This document shows, one piece after another, positions 1 to 13,797 of a DNA stretch of 64,000 nt (positions are counted from its first letter, which is position 1; the number at the start of each line of letters is the position of its first letter). The notes beneath the pieces were generated by a model that worked only from the letters and a program-made list of their open reading frames with translations, had not been told where the DNA came from and searched no databases. The stretch is from contig NW_003314264.1 of the NCBI RefSeq assembly GCF_000143415.4, positions 947,570 through 1,011,569 on the forward strand. The letters are read 5' to 3'. The translations under genes and the position numbers were made by a program. The stretch comes from Selaginella moellendorffii (taxonomy: Eukaryota > Plantae > Lycopodiophyta).

Positions 1-1925
1 AAAATCACTATAGTTAGTAAATATAGGATTCACCATTCTACAAAATTCAATAGCTAGTATATTATCAAGAAAACACAATGATAAAACTTAACTACTGAAG
101 GTTGTAGACAGTATGTCAAACAACTTACCAAAGATATCTCAAAGAACACAAAGTATCATTGATTGACAAGCACAATGCTCGCAAATGTATCACTCAAAGG
201 AAATAACATCCAAATCTATCAAAACTAACTCGAGCAACAATCAATAAAACATAATGAATGTGGTAAGACCAACAAACACTTAGTCATGCCAACCATTGCA
301 CTAACCAATCTGAATAGATCCCGATCAACAATACGAAGGAACTAGAGTTGCTTAAACAAGTGTCAGCAACGTCCTACTGATGTCTCAAACCCAAAAGACC
401 AATCCAAAGCAAACCACAAAGAACATATGGTATTGCGAAAAAGCCATAAGCTATCAAAAAGATTAACTAACTATCATGAAAGATCATCAATCATCCTATC
501 AATAAAGAGATGCAGAATCATTGGCTAAGAAGGAATCCACCATCCCGAAGAATAGGAAATCATTCTAAATCAACGATAATCAAGAAAAACCTTTAACAAG
601 GACAATCAATTATCTTAGATGATAGTTAATCATCACCAATGATTGCTAGATGCAAATACTAACTTCAATATTGAAGCTAGGAGCCAAAATGCCTTCCCCA
701 ACAACTTCTAATAAATGGAGCAATGAGCACAAAACTCAAGGGACCAAAAGCTCGAAAAAACCTATAGGTAAGTTTTGCTTAACAATAATCACAACATCCA
801 TATAAACTAACTTCAATGCTAAAGAGAAATTATGGTACAACCCACAATATCCCCCTCAACACATCCATAAGCTAAACTTCATAATGTCAAAGCTAATGAA
901 GAGTATGTCTGCATCAATCCAAAAGCTAAGTATAACGAAGCTATGCTCAACAAGTGATCATTAAACGATCCTCCATGAATCCATTTATAGAAAACGTAAC
1001 TCACTTCATAACAAGCACAAGAAGAATCATCAATGATTAACATATTCCAATTCAAATCTAAGAAGGACTCAAATATTCTAATATCAATCACTAACTCTTC
1101 CTCTCGTAAAGTTAGTATAGTCCACGATTAAATCACTTTTCAAGGAAAAGCTAAAGCTCAACCTCAACTAAGAAATCTCATCGAGAACGCAACTAACTCA
1201 GCTTGCCACTTACTTCATTTGAACGTCAACATAGTTGCCAACTAGCAAATGCGCAAATGCTAATAACACAAAGCTATAGCCAAATCATCAACACTATCTT
1301 CATCAAGACTAATGAAACTCAATATCAATCCTTGGAAGGATATCTCATTTCATTCAGATCTCAATATCAACAATATCAATGACAAGGCATCACTTCAATG
1401 CCATTAACACCATAACAAAGCTAGAAGAAAGCAAGAGTGAATCACCATTCAAAGCTCTTTAGCAACCAAGCTAACTAAAGTCGAAAATGCTATATTTAGT
1501 ATTCGAGACTAATCCTTCAACAATACTCAGCTACAGATAACACATCTTCAAGGAGTGAATCACCACGTCCAAGACTCAATGAAATCCAACATTATGGACT
1601 AAATGTAACCAAATGATATTGACAAAGGTAGAGTCGACATGTCAACATGAAAAATTCATGTAAGTCTAATGACACGATCCTCCACAACACCATCCGGTAA
1701 AGCAAGCCCATCACTGTTAAATCATCTTCAAATAAAGCAAGTGTCAACAGTCCTGAGCAAAGTCTATAAGTAATGACTAGTCGCTAAGCAACTAACAATC
1801 ACCCTTCAACTTGCCTTCACAAGACCCAACACTAAACTTACGTCATCAAGTTATATACTTGTCCAACATAAACGTAATACCCCAGATTGAGATAAAAGTT
1901 CATAGACAAGCACAAACTAAATGAC
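1..1925 (-). mobile_element. Internal region of a non-autonomous LTR retroelement (family A), minus-strand host copy
   Basis: Diverged reverse complement of about 5088-7018. It has no long ORF and ends exactly where the + strand LTR starts at 1926. Confidence 0.85.
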
Positions 1926-3076
1926 TGTTGCGAATGTGACTTCAGGTATCGAAAGTTACCTGTCGGCCAGTCCTTACGGACACTCTTACCTTACTGCCAC
2001 GATGGCAGGAGGTCGGTATTGCTGGACCCTTTATTAGTCCCTCTTGTTCAAGTGTTAGTAAACTGGACTTTGCATCTGTACTTGGCCGGATGAGCATAAG
2101 GAAGGAATTCCTAAGTGTCTATTTAGCTTAGCATACTTGGCCCGGCTTTTTAGTTATCTTTTGCTCTGTCTTGCACTGGCTTGACAAGAACCCTCACGTA
2201 TTGAGATTGGTCCCTCAATATCACTACATGATAGCTTACCGTGTCTGCCAAACACCCTCGCTATCATGCCCTCTGTGTTAGTCTCATTTCGGTCCCAAAT
2301 GCTATTTATAAAAAGTGTCTAGATTCGCTCATTTGGCATATCTATGGAATGTAGAGGTCGGCCTGAACACAATGGTGTTCGTCCCGTGTCCAAATTCGCA
2401 ATCTAAGGACATTCCATATTTAGTAAGTTTCAAGCTTGTCCCAGAGACTAACTCCTGATATTAAGGGAGGCTTAGGGTGAAAGCCCAAAGCGTGTGTTCC
2501 TCAAGGGGGGGGGGGGGGCGCTATGGGGGGTTCCAAATGTATAGTAGGGATAGTGGGTAGGTCGGGCATGGCCGACCAACCTGAGGCATAGTCTAGCTCC
2601 CGCTTGCGTGCATGTCCTTGTTCTGCGTCTGGCTTGGGTCTAAGCCCAAGTTCCATTCCATGCTAGCTGGTGGAGTACCCATACTCTCACGTTAGGCCAC
2701 CGGTATGCCGAAATAGCGCCAGACTCTGTTTGGCTCTGTTTTGCGTGCTGGTCCTGGCATTGGGATGTTGGTTGCTCCAGGACTGTTCCAAGTCGCTCCG
2801 GACCCCTGTCCCTTCGCTCCTTGGGCTGTATGCTCGGGAGTTGCTCTGTGGTCTGGTTCCATCACTCCTTGGCTCCACGCTTGGGAGTTTGGCACCATTC
2901 TTTCGTTCAGCGGCCCAAGGCCCTGAACCTCGGGTTCCTATGGACACGTGGCATGGACACGTGGCATGTAACACGTGACATGGACAAGTGGCACAAAGAG
3001 GGTTTAGGTTCCGTTTCGTGGTGTTATCCTATGGTAAATCACCATAGGATAAAGGGTCAAAACCACGTGCGCTACA
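1926..3076 (+). repeat. 5' LTR of family A
   Basis: TGTTGCGAAT...GCTACA followed by the PBS. Repeated at 7696 (direct) and 8389-9406 (inverted). Confidence 0.9.
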
Positions 3077-6000
3077 TTTGGTATCAGAGAATGAGTCTCA
3101 GCAAGTACTATTCAATGAGATTGGGCAACTAGTCTCGTTGCATACGTAGAGATGAAAACGATGATCCGAGTGGGTACATGTTTGGGTGCAAAGGCTTCGC
3201 AATTGTTCCTTGAGTATGGATTTGGTTACCGTTTTGTACCGTATTATATGAGCTTGCTCTTGGGCTCATAAGAAGGATTGAGTTGTTCCAGTAGCACAAG
3301 TTTGCGCTTGGGCTCGTGAGTGAGGCACATTAGCAACTCAAGGTTACACTTAGAGTTGGCAGGATTAATGTTAGCCTATCAGTGGTTCCATGAGTTGTTC
3401 CATGTACCATGGGTGAAAGTAAACTTTCCTTGGGTTTGCTATGAGTAACAAATAGGCTGGTCCATAGCTGTTTAGCATGGCACTAGTGGATCCTTCTTAT
3501 GCATGATTACAAGTGAGTCAATCAAGACTAGAGATTAGTCTATTAGTTCAAGTAGTCATTGCTGTGCTCTCTCATAAGTTTTTCTTGGACTGGACTAAAG
3601 GCAGTGCGAAAGCAAGCTTGAGGTTTAGTCAAAGATGAGACCGAAAAGAGAGTCATCGGGGACGGAGGATCAAATACGTAAATCATTTTCTCTTTTTGGA
3701 GAGATGATCTGCAACGAGGTGTTAACTTATTGCATGTGTTCACATCATGCAATCAAGAGTCCTTATCTTGATGCATGTTGGAGATGGTGGTCTTACAATG
3801 GTGAGTTGTGGGATGGATAGCGGTGAAGTGCTATACCATTTTGTCTAAGTTTGCTATTGAAAGACTTAGGTTGCAATGCTCAATTCTTTTCCGGGGACCC
3901 TTGTTATTGCTCCTTGTGTAGCTTGGTGTTAGATTAGTTTTGAGATTGGTCAAAAAGAGAGTGGCATGAGCTTGTCTGTGTTGTGAACAAAAGTTAGTGA
4001 TGTCGGGTGTTGTAAATCTCTATCGGTGGGGTGTGGCATTTATGTTGCATTTTGTCGAATCGAGTTGGCACTTGATATTCACATAAACCTTTGCAGTAGT
4101 GACATGGGCATTGCTCATAGTGTTGCTTGATTGATGATCAAGTCATTGTGGTTTATATCATATCCATGTGATAATGAGCAATGTGTTTACGAAGTTGCTT
4201 GGATAAACGATGATCAACCCCCGAAGTGGTTGATAGTAAAGCTAGTCTACTTGCACGAAGTAGCATTATAGTAGCTTTGACTGGATTCTTAATGGTGGTC
4301 CATTATGCTAAGCTTATGTTGGTTGAGTTTGCCCATAAGGTGTTGGAAAGGGTTGTAGCATTCATTTGCTATAGCTCGTCAGTTGATCCGTTAGTACTTG
4401 GAGTAGATTGTTGGTAGGAGGAAGTTGGTTGAGTCTTGAAAGTTTGCAATCTTGGACTGAGAGTCATTCTTTCTCTAGGATGGAAATTTTCCACAAATTT
4501 TCTTAGACTTTTCCAATGGCTGATCTATTGATCACTTTGCTCGAAAACCATTCCGTTTTCGTAAGCTAGTACAAACTAGTGAAGGGGTTAGAGTTGACTT
4601 CGGTTACCTTAGACCTTGGTAGGTAGTTTGTATGATGCGACCCGAAAGGGATGCTGACTTTTGGGGCTAAGGCAATTGAGTTAGATAGAGTCTAGAGTTA
4701 ATGTAGAAAAGTGGCCATTGCACTTTTCTCAGAAAGGTGACCCTTGTACCTTTCTTTTGTAGCGTTGTGCTTGGTGGCAGGTTGCACCTTGCATTATGTT
4801 AGACTCTATGAGAGTAGTGAGCTCTCACTGATCTTGACTTGGTTTTGGTAGCCCTGCGCCTTGGCTGAGGATGGTGATGTCCAACTTAGTTGTTCGAGTT
4901 GAGATGTTGGTACCCGTACTATAGCTTTGTCTATGAGGAGGTTGTGTACCAATATGAGTCCATCTTATGGTCTTCACTTTAGTTTCGACTAAGTGTTGAT
5001 CATGCATAGCTAGCCTATTCAAGGCATGCTCAGAGCTAGTGGCCAAATGTTTTAGTGAGCTTATTGCGGTTGAGTTGGATTCGAGTGATCATTTAGTTTG
5101 TGCTTGTCTATGAACTTTTATCTCCTACCTGGGGTATTATGTTCATGTTGGACAAGTATATAACTTGATGACAAGAGTTGGTGTTTGGGTCTTATGAAGG
5201 CAAGTTGAGGAGTGATTGTTAGTTGCTTTGCGACTAGTGATTACTTGTAGACTTCATCAAGGACCGTTGACACTTGCTTTGCTCGATGACGATTTAGCAG
5301 TGATGGGCTTGCTTTACCAGATGGTGTTGCGGAGGATCGTGTCGTTAGACTTACATGAGTTTTTCATGTTGGCATATCGACTCTACCTCTGTTGATATCA
5401 TTTGGTTACATTTAGTCCATAGTGTTAGATTTCATTGAGTCTTGGACGTGGTGAATCACTCCTTGATGATGTGTTGTCTGCAACTGAGTTTTGCTGAAGG
5501 ATTGATCTCGGATACTAAATAAAGTATTTTCGACCTTGGTTAGCTTAGTTGCTGGAGAGTTTTGAGTGGTGATTCACTCTTACTTTCTGTTAGCTTGTTA
5601 TAGTGTTGATAGCATTCAAGTGATGCCCTATCGTTGACATTGTTGGTATTGAGATTCAGATGAAATGAGATGTCTCTCTCTGTAGGGTTGATATTGAGTT
5701 TCATTAGTCTCGATGCAAATAGCGTTGATGATTTGGTTATAGCTTTATGTTATTGGCATTAGTGCATTTGCTAGTTAGCAACTATGTTGACGTTCAAATG
5801 AACTGAGTGGCAAGTTGAGTTAGTTGTGTTCTAGATGAGATTGCTTAGTTGAGGTTGAGCTTTAGCTTTTCTTTGAAAAGCGATTTAGTCGTGGACAATG
5901 CTACCTCTATGAGAGGAAGAGTTAGTGATTGGTATTAAAGTGATTAAATCCTTGTTGGATTTCAGTTGGGATATATCGATCATTGATGATTTTTCTTGTG

Positions 6001-7695
6001 CTTGTTATGAGGTGAATTACATCTTGCTGTAGATGGGTTCATGGAGGATCAGTTTGGTGATCACTTGTTGAGCATAGCTCCATTGTGCTTAGCTTTTGGA
6101 TTGATGCAAAAATGCTCTTCATTAGCTTTGGCATTATGAAGTTTGGCTTATGAATGTGTTGAGGAAGATATTGTGGGTTACACCATGATTTCTTCTTTAG
6201 CATTGAAGTTAGCTTCTATGAGACTCGTGATCATTATTAGGCAAGACTTAATTATAGGCTTCTTCGAGCTTTTGGTTCATTGAGTTTTGTGCTCATTGTT
6301 CCATTTGTTAGAAGTTGTTGGGGAAGGCATTTTGGCTCCTAGCTTCAATGTTGAAGTTGGTTTTTGCATCTAGCAATCATTGATGATGATTGACTACCAT
6401 CTAGGATAGTTGATCATCCTTGTCAAAAGTTTTGCTTGATTATCGTTGATCTAGAATGATTTGCTATTCTTCGGGATGGTGGATTCCTTCTTAGACGATG
6501 ATTCTGCATATCTCTTTTTGATAGGATGATTGATGGTCTTTCCTGATAGTTAGTTGTTCTCTTTGTTGGTTTATGAATTTTTGCACTACCACATGTTCTT
6601 TGTGGTTTGCTTTGGATTGGTCTTTTGGGTTTGAGACATCAGTAGGATGTTGCTGACACTTGCTTAAGCAACTTGAGTTCCTTGGTGTTATTGGTTGGGA
6701 TCTATCTGGATTGGCTAGTGCAATGGTTGATATGAACAAGCGTTTATTTCCTTTGCAACATTCATTTTGTTCTGTTGATTATTGCTCGAGTTAGCTCTCA
6801 TAGATTAGGATGTTATTTCCTTCAGGTGATACATTTGCAAGCATTGTGCTTATTAGTCAATGATACTTTGTGTTCTTTGAGTTGTGTTCTGTGAGTTGTT
6901 TGGCATGCTATTTGCCATTTTCGGTAGTTAAGTTTTATCATTGAGTTTCCTTGATGATCTACTTGCTATTGAATTTTGTTGGATGGTGATTCCTATGTTT
7001 ATCAATTATGATGATCTTGGTGGTTCCTATACTCAAATACTAGTTTATCGGATGATAACTTACTTGGAATACTTTTGTGTTATAATATAAGATTTATTCA
7101 CTGATAGTTCCGACTCTAAGATATCATTGTCTATGACTTTGATATTGTCCATCTATTCATCTTTGAGTTTGGGCCTGTAATGGGCAGTCTGGCTTCGGCA
7201 CTTCGTGTGCATGGTGAAATCTCTAGTCATGGGGTAGCTACTGTCGACTGGTCACATAACCCGCCTCTCTGTCGATGTTCCTTATTCCATTGAAAGGGCG
7301 TGACCGTGTAAACAACTCTAACTGCCTGTTTACAGTAGTCTATCTAAACCTTGCCGACGGGTTTGGTTTCTTTGCTCATGAGGGTTGGGGCCTCTGGCTT
7401 CTCTCTCTATGTTCCTGTAGGCAGGGGCATATCACACTTTTGTAAGCTAGGTGACTCCCAGAGTAGCAAGGGTGGCTGACTCCGTTGGTCATTTCCTTGT
7501 CGGCGACAGTCGGAAGGTGTCTGAGCTTGTAGCGCATCCACGTTAGACAAAGAGGTTGCCCCCTAACTCATTTAAGTTGGTGCATTTCTCACATAGTGTG
7601 AGTACCGTGAACTTTTTCAAGAGTTGTTTCCTTGGCGGTATTCTCGACTCGAGTATCCATCGACGAGGACATCGATCTTCCCTAGGGGGGGAGAG

Positions 7696-8110
7696 TGTCG
7701 CGAATATGACTTCAGGTATCGAAAGTTACCTGTCGGCCAGTCCTTACAGACACTCTTACCTTACTGCCACGATGGCAGGAGGTCGGTATTGCTGGACCCT
7801 TTATTAGTCCCTCTTGTTCAAGTGTTAGTAAACTGGACTTTGCATCTGTACTTGGCCGGATGAGCATAAGGAAGGAATTCCTAAGTGTCTATTTAGCTTA
7901 GCATACTTGGCCCGGCTTTTTAGTTCTCTTTTGCTCTGTCTTGCACTGGCTTGACAAGAACCCTTGCGTATTGAGATTGGTCCCTCAATATCGCTACATG
8001 ATAGCTTACCGTGTCTGCCAAACACCCTCGCTATCATGCCCTTTGTGTTAGTCTCATTTCGGTCCCAAATGCTATTTATGGAAAGTGTCTAGATTCGCTC
8101 ATTTGGCATA
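7696..8110 (+). repeat. Truncated 3' LTR of family A
   Basis: Follows the PPT. Identity to the 5' LTR stops abruptly after ATTTGGCATA at 8110. Confidence 0.9.
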
Positions 8111-9406
8111 GGAACAACTTACAGAACCACTAGAACCATCGATAGGCTTACATTAATCCTGCCAACTCAAAGTATAACTTTGAGTTGCTAATGTGCCTCA
8201 CTCATGAGCCCAAGCGAAAACTCGTGTAAACGGTACACCTCAAATCCATACCCAAGGAACAAATGCAAAGTCTTAGCACCCAAACGTGTACCCACTCGGA
8301 TCATCGTTTTCATCTCTGCGTATGCAACGAGATTAGTTGCCTAATCTCATCAAATAGTACTTGCTGAGACTCTTCCTTTGATACCAAATGTAGCGCACAT
8401 GGTTTTTACCCTTTATCCTATGGTGATTTACCATAGGATAACACCATGAAGCGGAACCTAAACCCTCTTTGTGCCACATGACAAATGCCACGTGTCACAT
8501 GCCATGTGTCCAAAGGATAGTGGTGTGGAACCCGAGGTTCAGGGCCTTGGGCCACTGAACGAAGGAATGGTGCCAAACTCCCAAGCATGGAGCCAAGGAG
8601 TGATAGAACCGAACCACAGAGCAACTCCCGAGCATATAGCCCAAGGAGCGAAGGGACAGGAGCCCGAAGTGACTTGGAACAGTCCTGGACCAACCAACAT
8701 CCTAATGCCAGGACCAGCACGCAAAACGGAGCCAAATAGAGTCTGGTGCTATTTCGGCATACCGGTGGCTTAACGTGAGGACATGGGTACTCCACCAGCT
8801 AGCATGGAATGGAACTTGGGCTTAGACCCAGGCCGGATGCAAAACAAGAACAGGCACACAAGCGGGAGCTAGACTATGCCTCAGGTTGGTCAGCCATGCC
8901 CGACCTACCCACTATCCCTACTATACATTTGGAATCCCCCACAGCCCCCCCTTTGAGGAACACACGCTTTGGGCTTTCACCCCAAGCCTCCCTTAGTATT
9001 AGGAGTTAGTCTCTGGGACAAGCTCGAAACTTACTAAATATGGAATGTTCCTAGATTGCAAATTTGGACACGGGACGAACACCATTATGTTCAGAACAAT
9101 CTCTACATTCTGTAGATATGCCAAATGAGCAAATTTGGACACTTTCCATAAATAGCATTTGGGACTGAAATGAGACTAACACAAAGGGCATGATAGCGAG
9201 GGTGTTTGGCAGACACGGTAAGCTATCATTTAGCAATGTTGAGGGACCAATCTCAATATCATGGGGGTTCTTGATACTAGCAAGTGCAAGCCAATGACAA
9301 AAGTTTCTCAAACCAAGCCGAGTATGCTATCGTGGCAGTAAGGAAAGAATATCCGAAAGGACTAACCGATAAGTAACTTTCGATACCTGAAGTCACATTC
9401 GCGACA
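8111..9406 (-). mobile_element. 5' LTR (8389-9406), PBS and leader of the minus-strand family A copy
   Basis: Reverse complement of 1926 to about 3400 with internal deletions. PBS remnant TTTGATACCAAA at 8377-8388. Confidence 0.88.
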
Positions 9407-10319
9407 GCCAATGTCCATAATTAGGATTGTCCCCCTTACAATATCGGGGATAAATTCTGGCTCCTTAGGCGAAATATTTCCACCACTAGGCCATGTCCCA
9501 AACTCGATTTCAAACGCTTTGGTACTTTTCCTATCACTGCCATCATTAATCCTGTCACTTATTGCCTTGCACTTCCCTCATATCAAATTCACCATGTTTT
9601 TCACTCCTAGACTTATATTCCCAGTCCTATTCCAAATCGGGTCATTCCTTTGCCTCCACTAGTGCAGCTTGAGGATGGGTCTGAGTATGAGGTTCAAGAC
9701 ATCCTTGATTCCCAGATCTCACAGTCTAAACTCTACTATCTGGTAGACTGGAAGGGTTACGTATTTGAGGAACGCACTTGGGAACCTGCGGATAACCTGA
9801 TTCATTCTCTTGACTTTATTCAGGACTTCCACCACCGCTATCCTTCTCGTCCCAGTCCTCATTCTTTTCATTCTCCCTCTCCCGTCCCTTGCCACCCATC
9901 TCATCCTCCTCTTCGTTCTCATTCACGTCCTTGTTCCACTCGTTCTTGAGGAGGGTGTGTTGTCAGGAATCCCCCAATTCTTGCCACATTCCTGACTTTC
10001 GCCAAATTCCTAACCTGCAAACCATATTGCTGACTCTCGAGACACTTCTCTATTCTTGACTCTGATTTCCCATATGATTCTTGAGTCTCGAACCACATTC
10101 TTGATGATGACGTGGTGCCTCTTCGACCTCAGCTATATTTAGGCCGTCCTCGATCCAAGAGTGGTGGAGCTTCATCAACTTATAGTATATATAGGTTAGC
10201 TTTGTTCCATTTCTCCACAATCTGAATAAATGCTAGTTGAAGGCCTTTTTTTCGTTTCCACTAGCTTTTCTCTTTGTCTTCTGCATTTTCCAATCTTGAT
10301 TTTGTTGAGGGTCTTGACA
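9407..10319 (+). mobile_element. 3' end of a chromovirus (Ty3/gypsy): integrase chromodomain remnant, PPT and 3' LTR
   Basis: ORF 9650-9949 reads EYEVQDILDS..YYLVDWKGY..ERTWEP, a chromodomain. Purine tract GAGGAGGG at about 9948-9955. LTR 9961-10319 has inverted termini TGTCAGGA..TCTTGACA. Confidence 0.85.
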
Positions 10320-10330
10320 CTAGTGATATT

Positions 10331-11172
10331 CTAGCGGATGATGGATGAGATTCTTTGCAATATGTTAGAGGTGACTATTGACTTTATTGATGATGTCTTG
10401 ATCCATTTAAAGGGGACGAAGGAGGAATATATTAGTGATATTTGTAAAGTGTTGGATTGGCTATAGGATATTAATTTTAAGTTGAAGTGGTCAAAGTGTG
10501 TGTTTAAGTTCCCTACTCTAAAGTGTGTGAATGATATGTAACATTTATTGGGCAAAGTGCAATATCTCAGTCATTTTATGGATTATCTTTTTAATTGCAC
10601 TACACTGTTGCGAGTGTTGCTAAAGTCATCAACGTCATCTTTCATCTAGTCTCTGGATTTTGAGTGGGCGTTTACAGATCTCAAAAAGCTATTGACGACT
10701 CCTCCAGTTTTGGCATATCTTGACTACACTTGACTTTTTATTTTGCGCGTGAATGCTTCTGATATTAGTGTTGGAGGTGTGTTGATGCAAGAGAGCACGA
10801 GTGTGCCTGGTCAGTGCCATCCCATTGCATATATAAGCCATATATTACAACCATTGGAGGTGAACTACTCCACGATAGAGAAAAAGTGTTTAACAACAGT
10901 CAGGGGTTTCAAGAAACTTCATGCATATCTACATAGTTCTTGGACGTTACTAAAAAGTAATCATATTATTGTTACTTCATTATTGAAGTGGAAGAACTTG
11001 ATTAATCATACTATTCAGTAATCTATGAAGCTTTAAATATATGATTTTGATATTGTTCATTGCCCAGTGAGTTCTATAGTTGATGCTGATGCCCATTCTC
11101 GAGCTCTTCTTTATTTTTGACGAGTCTATTGTTCTAGTATCTAGGAATTTTCTAGACAAGGATTTTGTGCCA
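10331..11172 (+). pseudogene. Decayed RT/RNase H segment of gypsy family C (same family as 58984-63973), inverted relative to the rest of this old copy
   Basis: Co-linear with about 61406-62355 (QRMMDE..DFIDDVLI, RVNASDISVGGVLMQ, NYSTIEKKCL), with many C>T/G>A changes and stops. Confidence 0.85.
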
Positions 11173-11289
11173 TCATAAAAAAACCTTATTCATCATTTGT
11201 TAGAAAATTCTCAGAATATTGTTCAAATTGAATGGCATCGCTAAGAGCTTGTATAAACCAAATAATATATAAAAAATAGTTTTTTTAAC

Positions 11290-11692
11290 CTCTTCCTTGA
11301 CCATTGGCATTTGCCAATATTCATAAGTAAGATCTAATTTAATGAACTAATAACTTTTCCTTAGACAATCCAAAAAATCAGTAGTGTGAGGAAGAAGGTA
11401 CATATTTGGGATAGTTATTATGTTTAATGAATAATATTCAATGCAAAATTGAATACTCCATTAAGTTTTGTCACAAGATGAGGTTTACATTCCCAAGGAC
11501 TTTGAGATTTTTGGATAACACCCTTCTCTAACATCTCCTTCACATTCATGCATAAAATTTTGATCTCCTTTGATAACCAATATTGAATAAAAATCTTGAT
11601 TGGACGAGTATCCTTAGTTGGAATAGAATAACGTATTGCAATCTTGCTCTCAAACGATAGGTCAAAATCAAAGAGATTAACATATTCCTTTG
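11290..11692 (-). pseudogene. Decayed RT N-terminal segment of old family C copy
   Basis: KEYVNLFDFDLS..KEMLEKGVIQKSQSPW..KLDL..YWQ, homologous to about 60915-61320. Confidence 0.85.
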
Positions 11693-11814
11693 TATATGTG
11701 AGACACAAATCCTTAAGCCCCAAAGCGGAGCCGAAAGGGTGTCATTGTAAGGAGCCAACTCGCCGAGGTATCGTAGGCTAAAGGAACCCCAAAAGCATGA
11801 CCAAAATGACAAAG

Positions 11815-12110
11815 AGTTCATCGGATGGGACCAAGTTGAAGATCGAGTCCAAGACCGACTCTAGGACCGAGTTCGAGATAGAGTCTGGAATCGAGTCTGA
11901 GACCGACTCGGGGACCAAGTTCGAGTCCGAGTTTGAGACCGAGTTCGAGACGGAGTCCGAGATCCGAAATTGGGTCCGAGACCGAGTCCGAGGTCGAGTC
12001 CGAGGTCGGGTCTGAGATCGGGTCCGAGATCGAGTCTAAGATCGAGACCGAGACCGAATCCGAAGTCGGATCCGAAATCGGGTCCGAGATCGAGCCAGAG
12101 ACTAAGTCCA
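11815..12110 (+). repeat. Degenerate 12-bp (6-bp subunit) tandem array GAGTCCGAGACC-like inside LTR B
   Basis: Visible periodic (TC)GAGTCCGAGA(T/C)C units. These produce the spurious ESE/PRS ORFs. Confidence 0.85.
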
Positions 12111-13797
12111 AATACTAATACGGATCAAGGGGTGAAAGCCCAAAGCGTGTGTCTCCCAGGGGCGATCGTTTGGGGGGGGGGGGGGGGGCTGCAGGGGGTT
12201 CCAAAAGTATAGTAGGGATAGTGAGGTCCAGGAACCAGTCTTGAAGGAACTCTCCAGTGGTGCTTCCAAACTGACTTGAGGTTGAGACTGGGGCCGAGGG
12301 GCCTTGGGTGGGAGTGAGCATGGGCTTGAGTGGTGCCGGAGGGGCCACCCAGGGAAGTGCTCAAGAGCAGCTCCCACTCCCGAAAGGGAAACCGACTGCG
12401 GTGCTCCCGGCTCATGTGGAGTGGTGCCCCACTTGAGTACCTTGTGGCTCATTCGTCCTTGCCCTTCCTAGGGGCTTGGGCCTTCCCTTCGGGATGGAAG
12501 TGGGGGGGTAGAGGTACCCATACCGGGCCGTTAGGCCACGGTGTTTCGCCCCGACGTCCCGAAGCAAATGCTGCACCCAAGGCTTGGGATTTAGAGGGTC
12601 CCATGATCAAGTCTTGTGGTACTAAGGGGTGTTAGGAACCTGGAGGCTTGGTGTGCTTGGCTGCTTGTGCCTGCGGGGAGTGTAGCCGAACCTTAAGTCC
12701 AGTCTAACCCGGGGAGGGGGATTGGGAGAGATTTGGGAATTCGTAGATGGATGGCTAACACCCCGTTGCTCGTGCAGTGAGTAGTTGAAACCAAGTAGGA
12801 CCAAGTAGGAGCTGGTACCATAGGCGGGAACCTTGGCGAGGGAACTTAGCACAAGCCAAGGCAAAGTTGGTTGGATAGACGAGGTAAGCTGGCAAATTGG
12901 AAAGGAAAAATTTGTGGCTTACAATTTGGTATCGGAGCCTCTTCCTCAGTTCTAGCGAAGGATAGAGGCGGATTGCTAGGAGATGGCAAGGGCAGGATGT
13001 AAGCGAACCCAGGCGGAGACGGAACCTCCTCTAGAGCTGGAGCCTCCGGTCGAACAGGAGGCTATGGATGAGGAATCCTTGCATGAGGAGGACTCCAGTG
13101 AGGCAACTTCCAAACAAGAGTCGGGTGGTGAGGTTCGGTTGTCCAAGGCTCGATTGGACGTTCTAGAAGGACAATTGGCGCAAACCAATGCCCTGCTGGA
13201 GGCTCTCGTACGCAAGCTAAAGCGTGATAAGAAGCGGAAGAAAAAGTGAAAGATTGCGGATGTTGGCAGCGCAGAAGGTGCGGACCCTTCGGTAGGGACT
13301 AAGGCAGAACCAAACGAGGTCGAACAGACCGAAGTGGAATCAGTCCCTCAGGTAGTTCCCAAGTACAAACCAAAGCCCCCACCGGTCTTCAAGGGAGTGA
13401 ACGACTATAAGGTGGTGGAGGATTGGTTTTATGATATGGAGGACTACTTCCGAGTGTTGCGATTACCGAGCTTGGAGAAGGTCCCATGTGCAAAACCATA
13501 CTTGGCAGATAATGCCAAGTCTTGGTGGAGAACGACAGAGGCCAACGAAGGACCGGTGGCCACTTGGGAAATGATGAAGGCGAGGATCCGTGCAACTTAC
13601 GTTCCTCCGAATGCTACTCTGCATCTAAGGGACGAGTTGAGTAGGCTGAAGCAGATCGGAACCATTCAGGAGTATGTGAATGGGTTTATGGCAAAGAGGA
13701 TACTTGTCACGGACATGGGGGATATAGATACGTTCCATGCCTTCATATCAGGTTTGCAAACCTGGGCTCGCAGTGAAGTGATGCGGTGGAACCCGAC

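Larger units (their letters stand above)
1926..8110 (+). mobile_element. Non-autonomous (LARD-like) gypsy-derived LTR retrotransposon, family A, 3' LTR truncated
   Basis: 5' LTR TG..CA at 1926-3076, PBS TGGTATCAGAG (initiator tRNA-Met type) at 3079, PPT AGGGGGGGAGAG at 7684-7695. 3' LTR 7696-8110 matches 1926-2340 with 10 differences in 415 nt. The interior is stop-ridden, with only a gag-like relic (PYLDACWRWW, about 3635-3820). Confidence 0.85.

Noticed and set aside
2450-2490. Hammerhead ribozyme (CTGA..GAAA) in LTR A
   Set aside because: The core CUGAnGA is not present (CTGATATT), is absent in the other copies, and the three stems cannot be built.
2670-3132. ORFs conserved between 2670-2978 and 8418-8795
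   Set aside because: They are shared only because they lie in copies of the same LTR.
11797-12212. ESE/PRS/DSD-repeat ORFs and a possible CRISPR-like array
   Set aside because: This is a degenerate 12-bp tandem repeat in an LTR with no unique spacers, in eukaryotic DNA.
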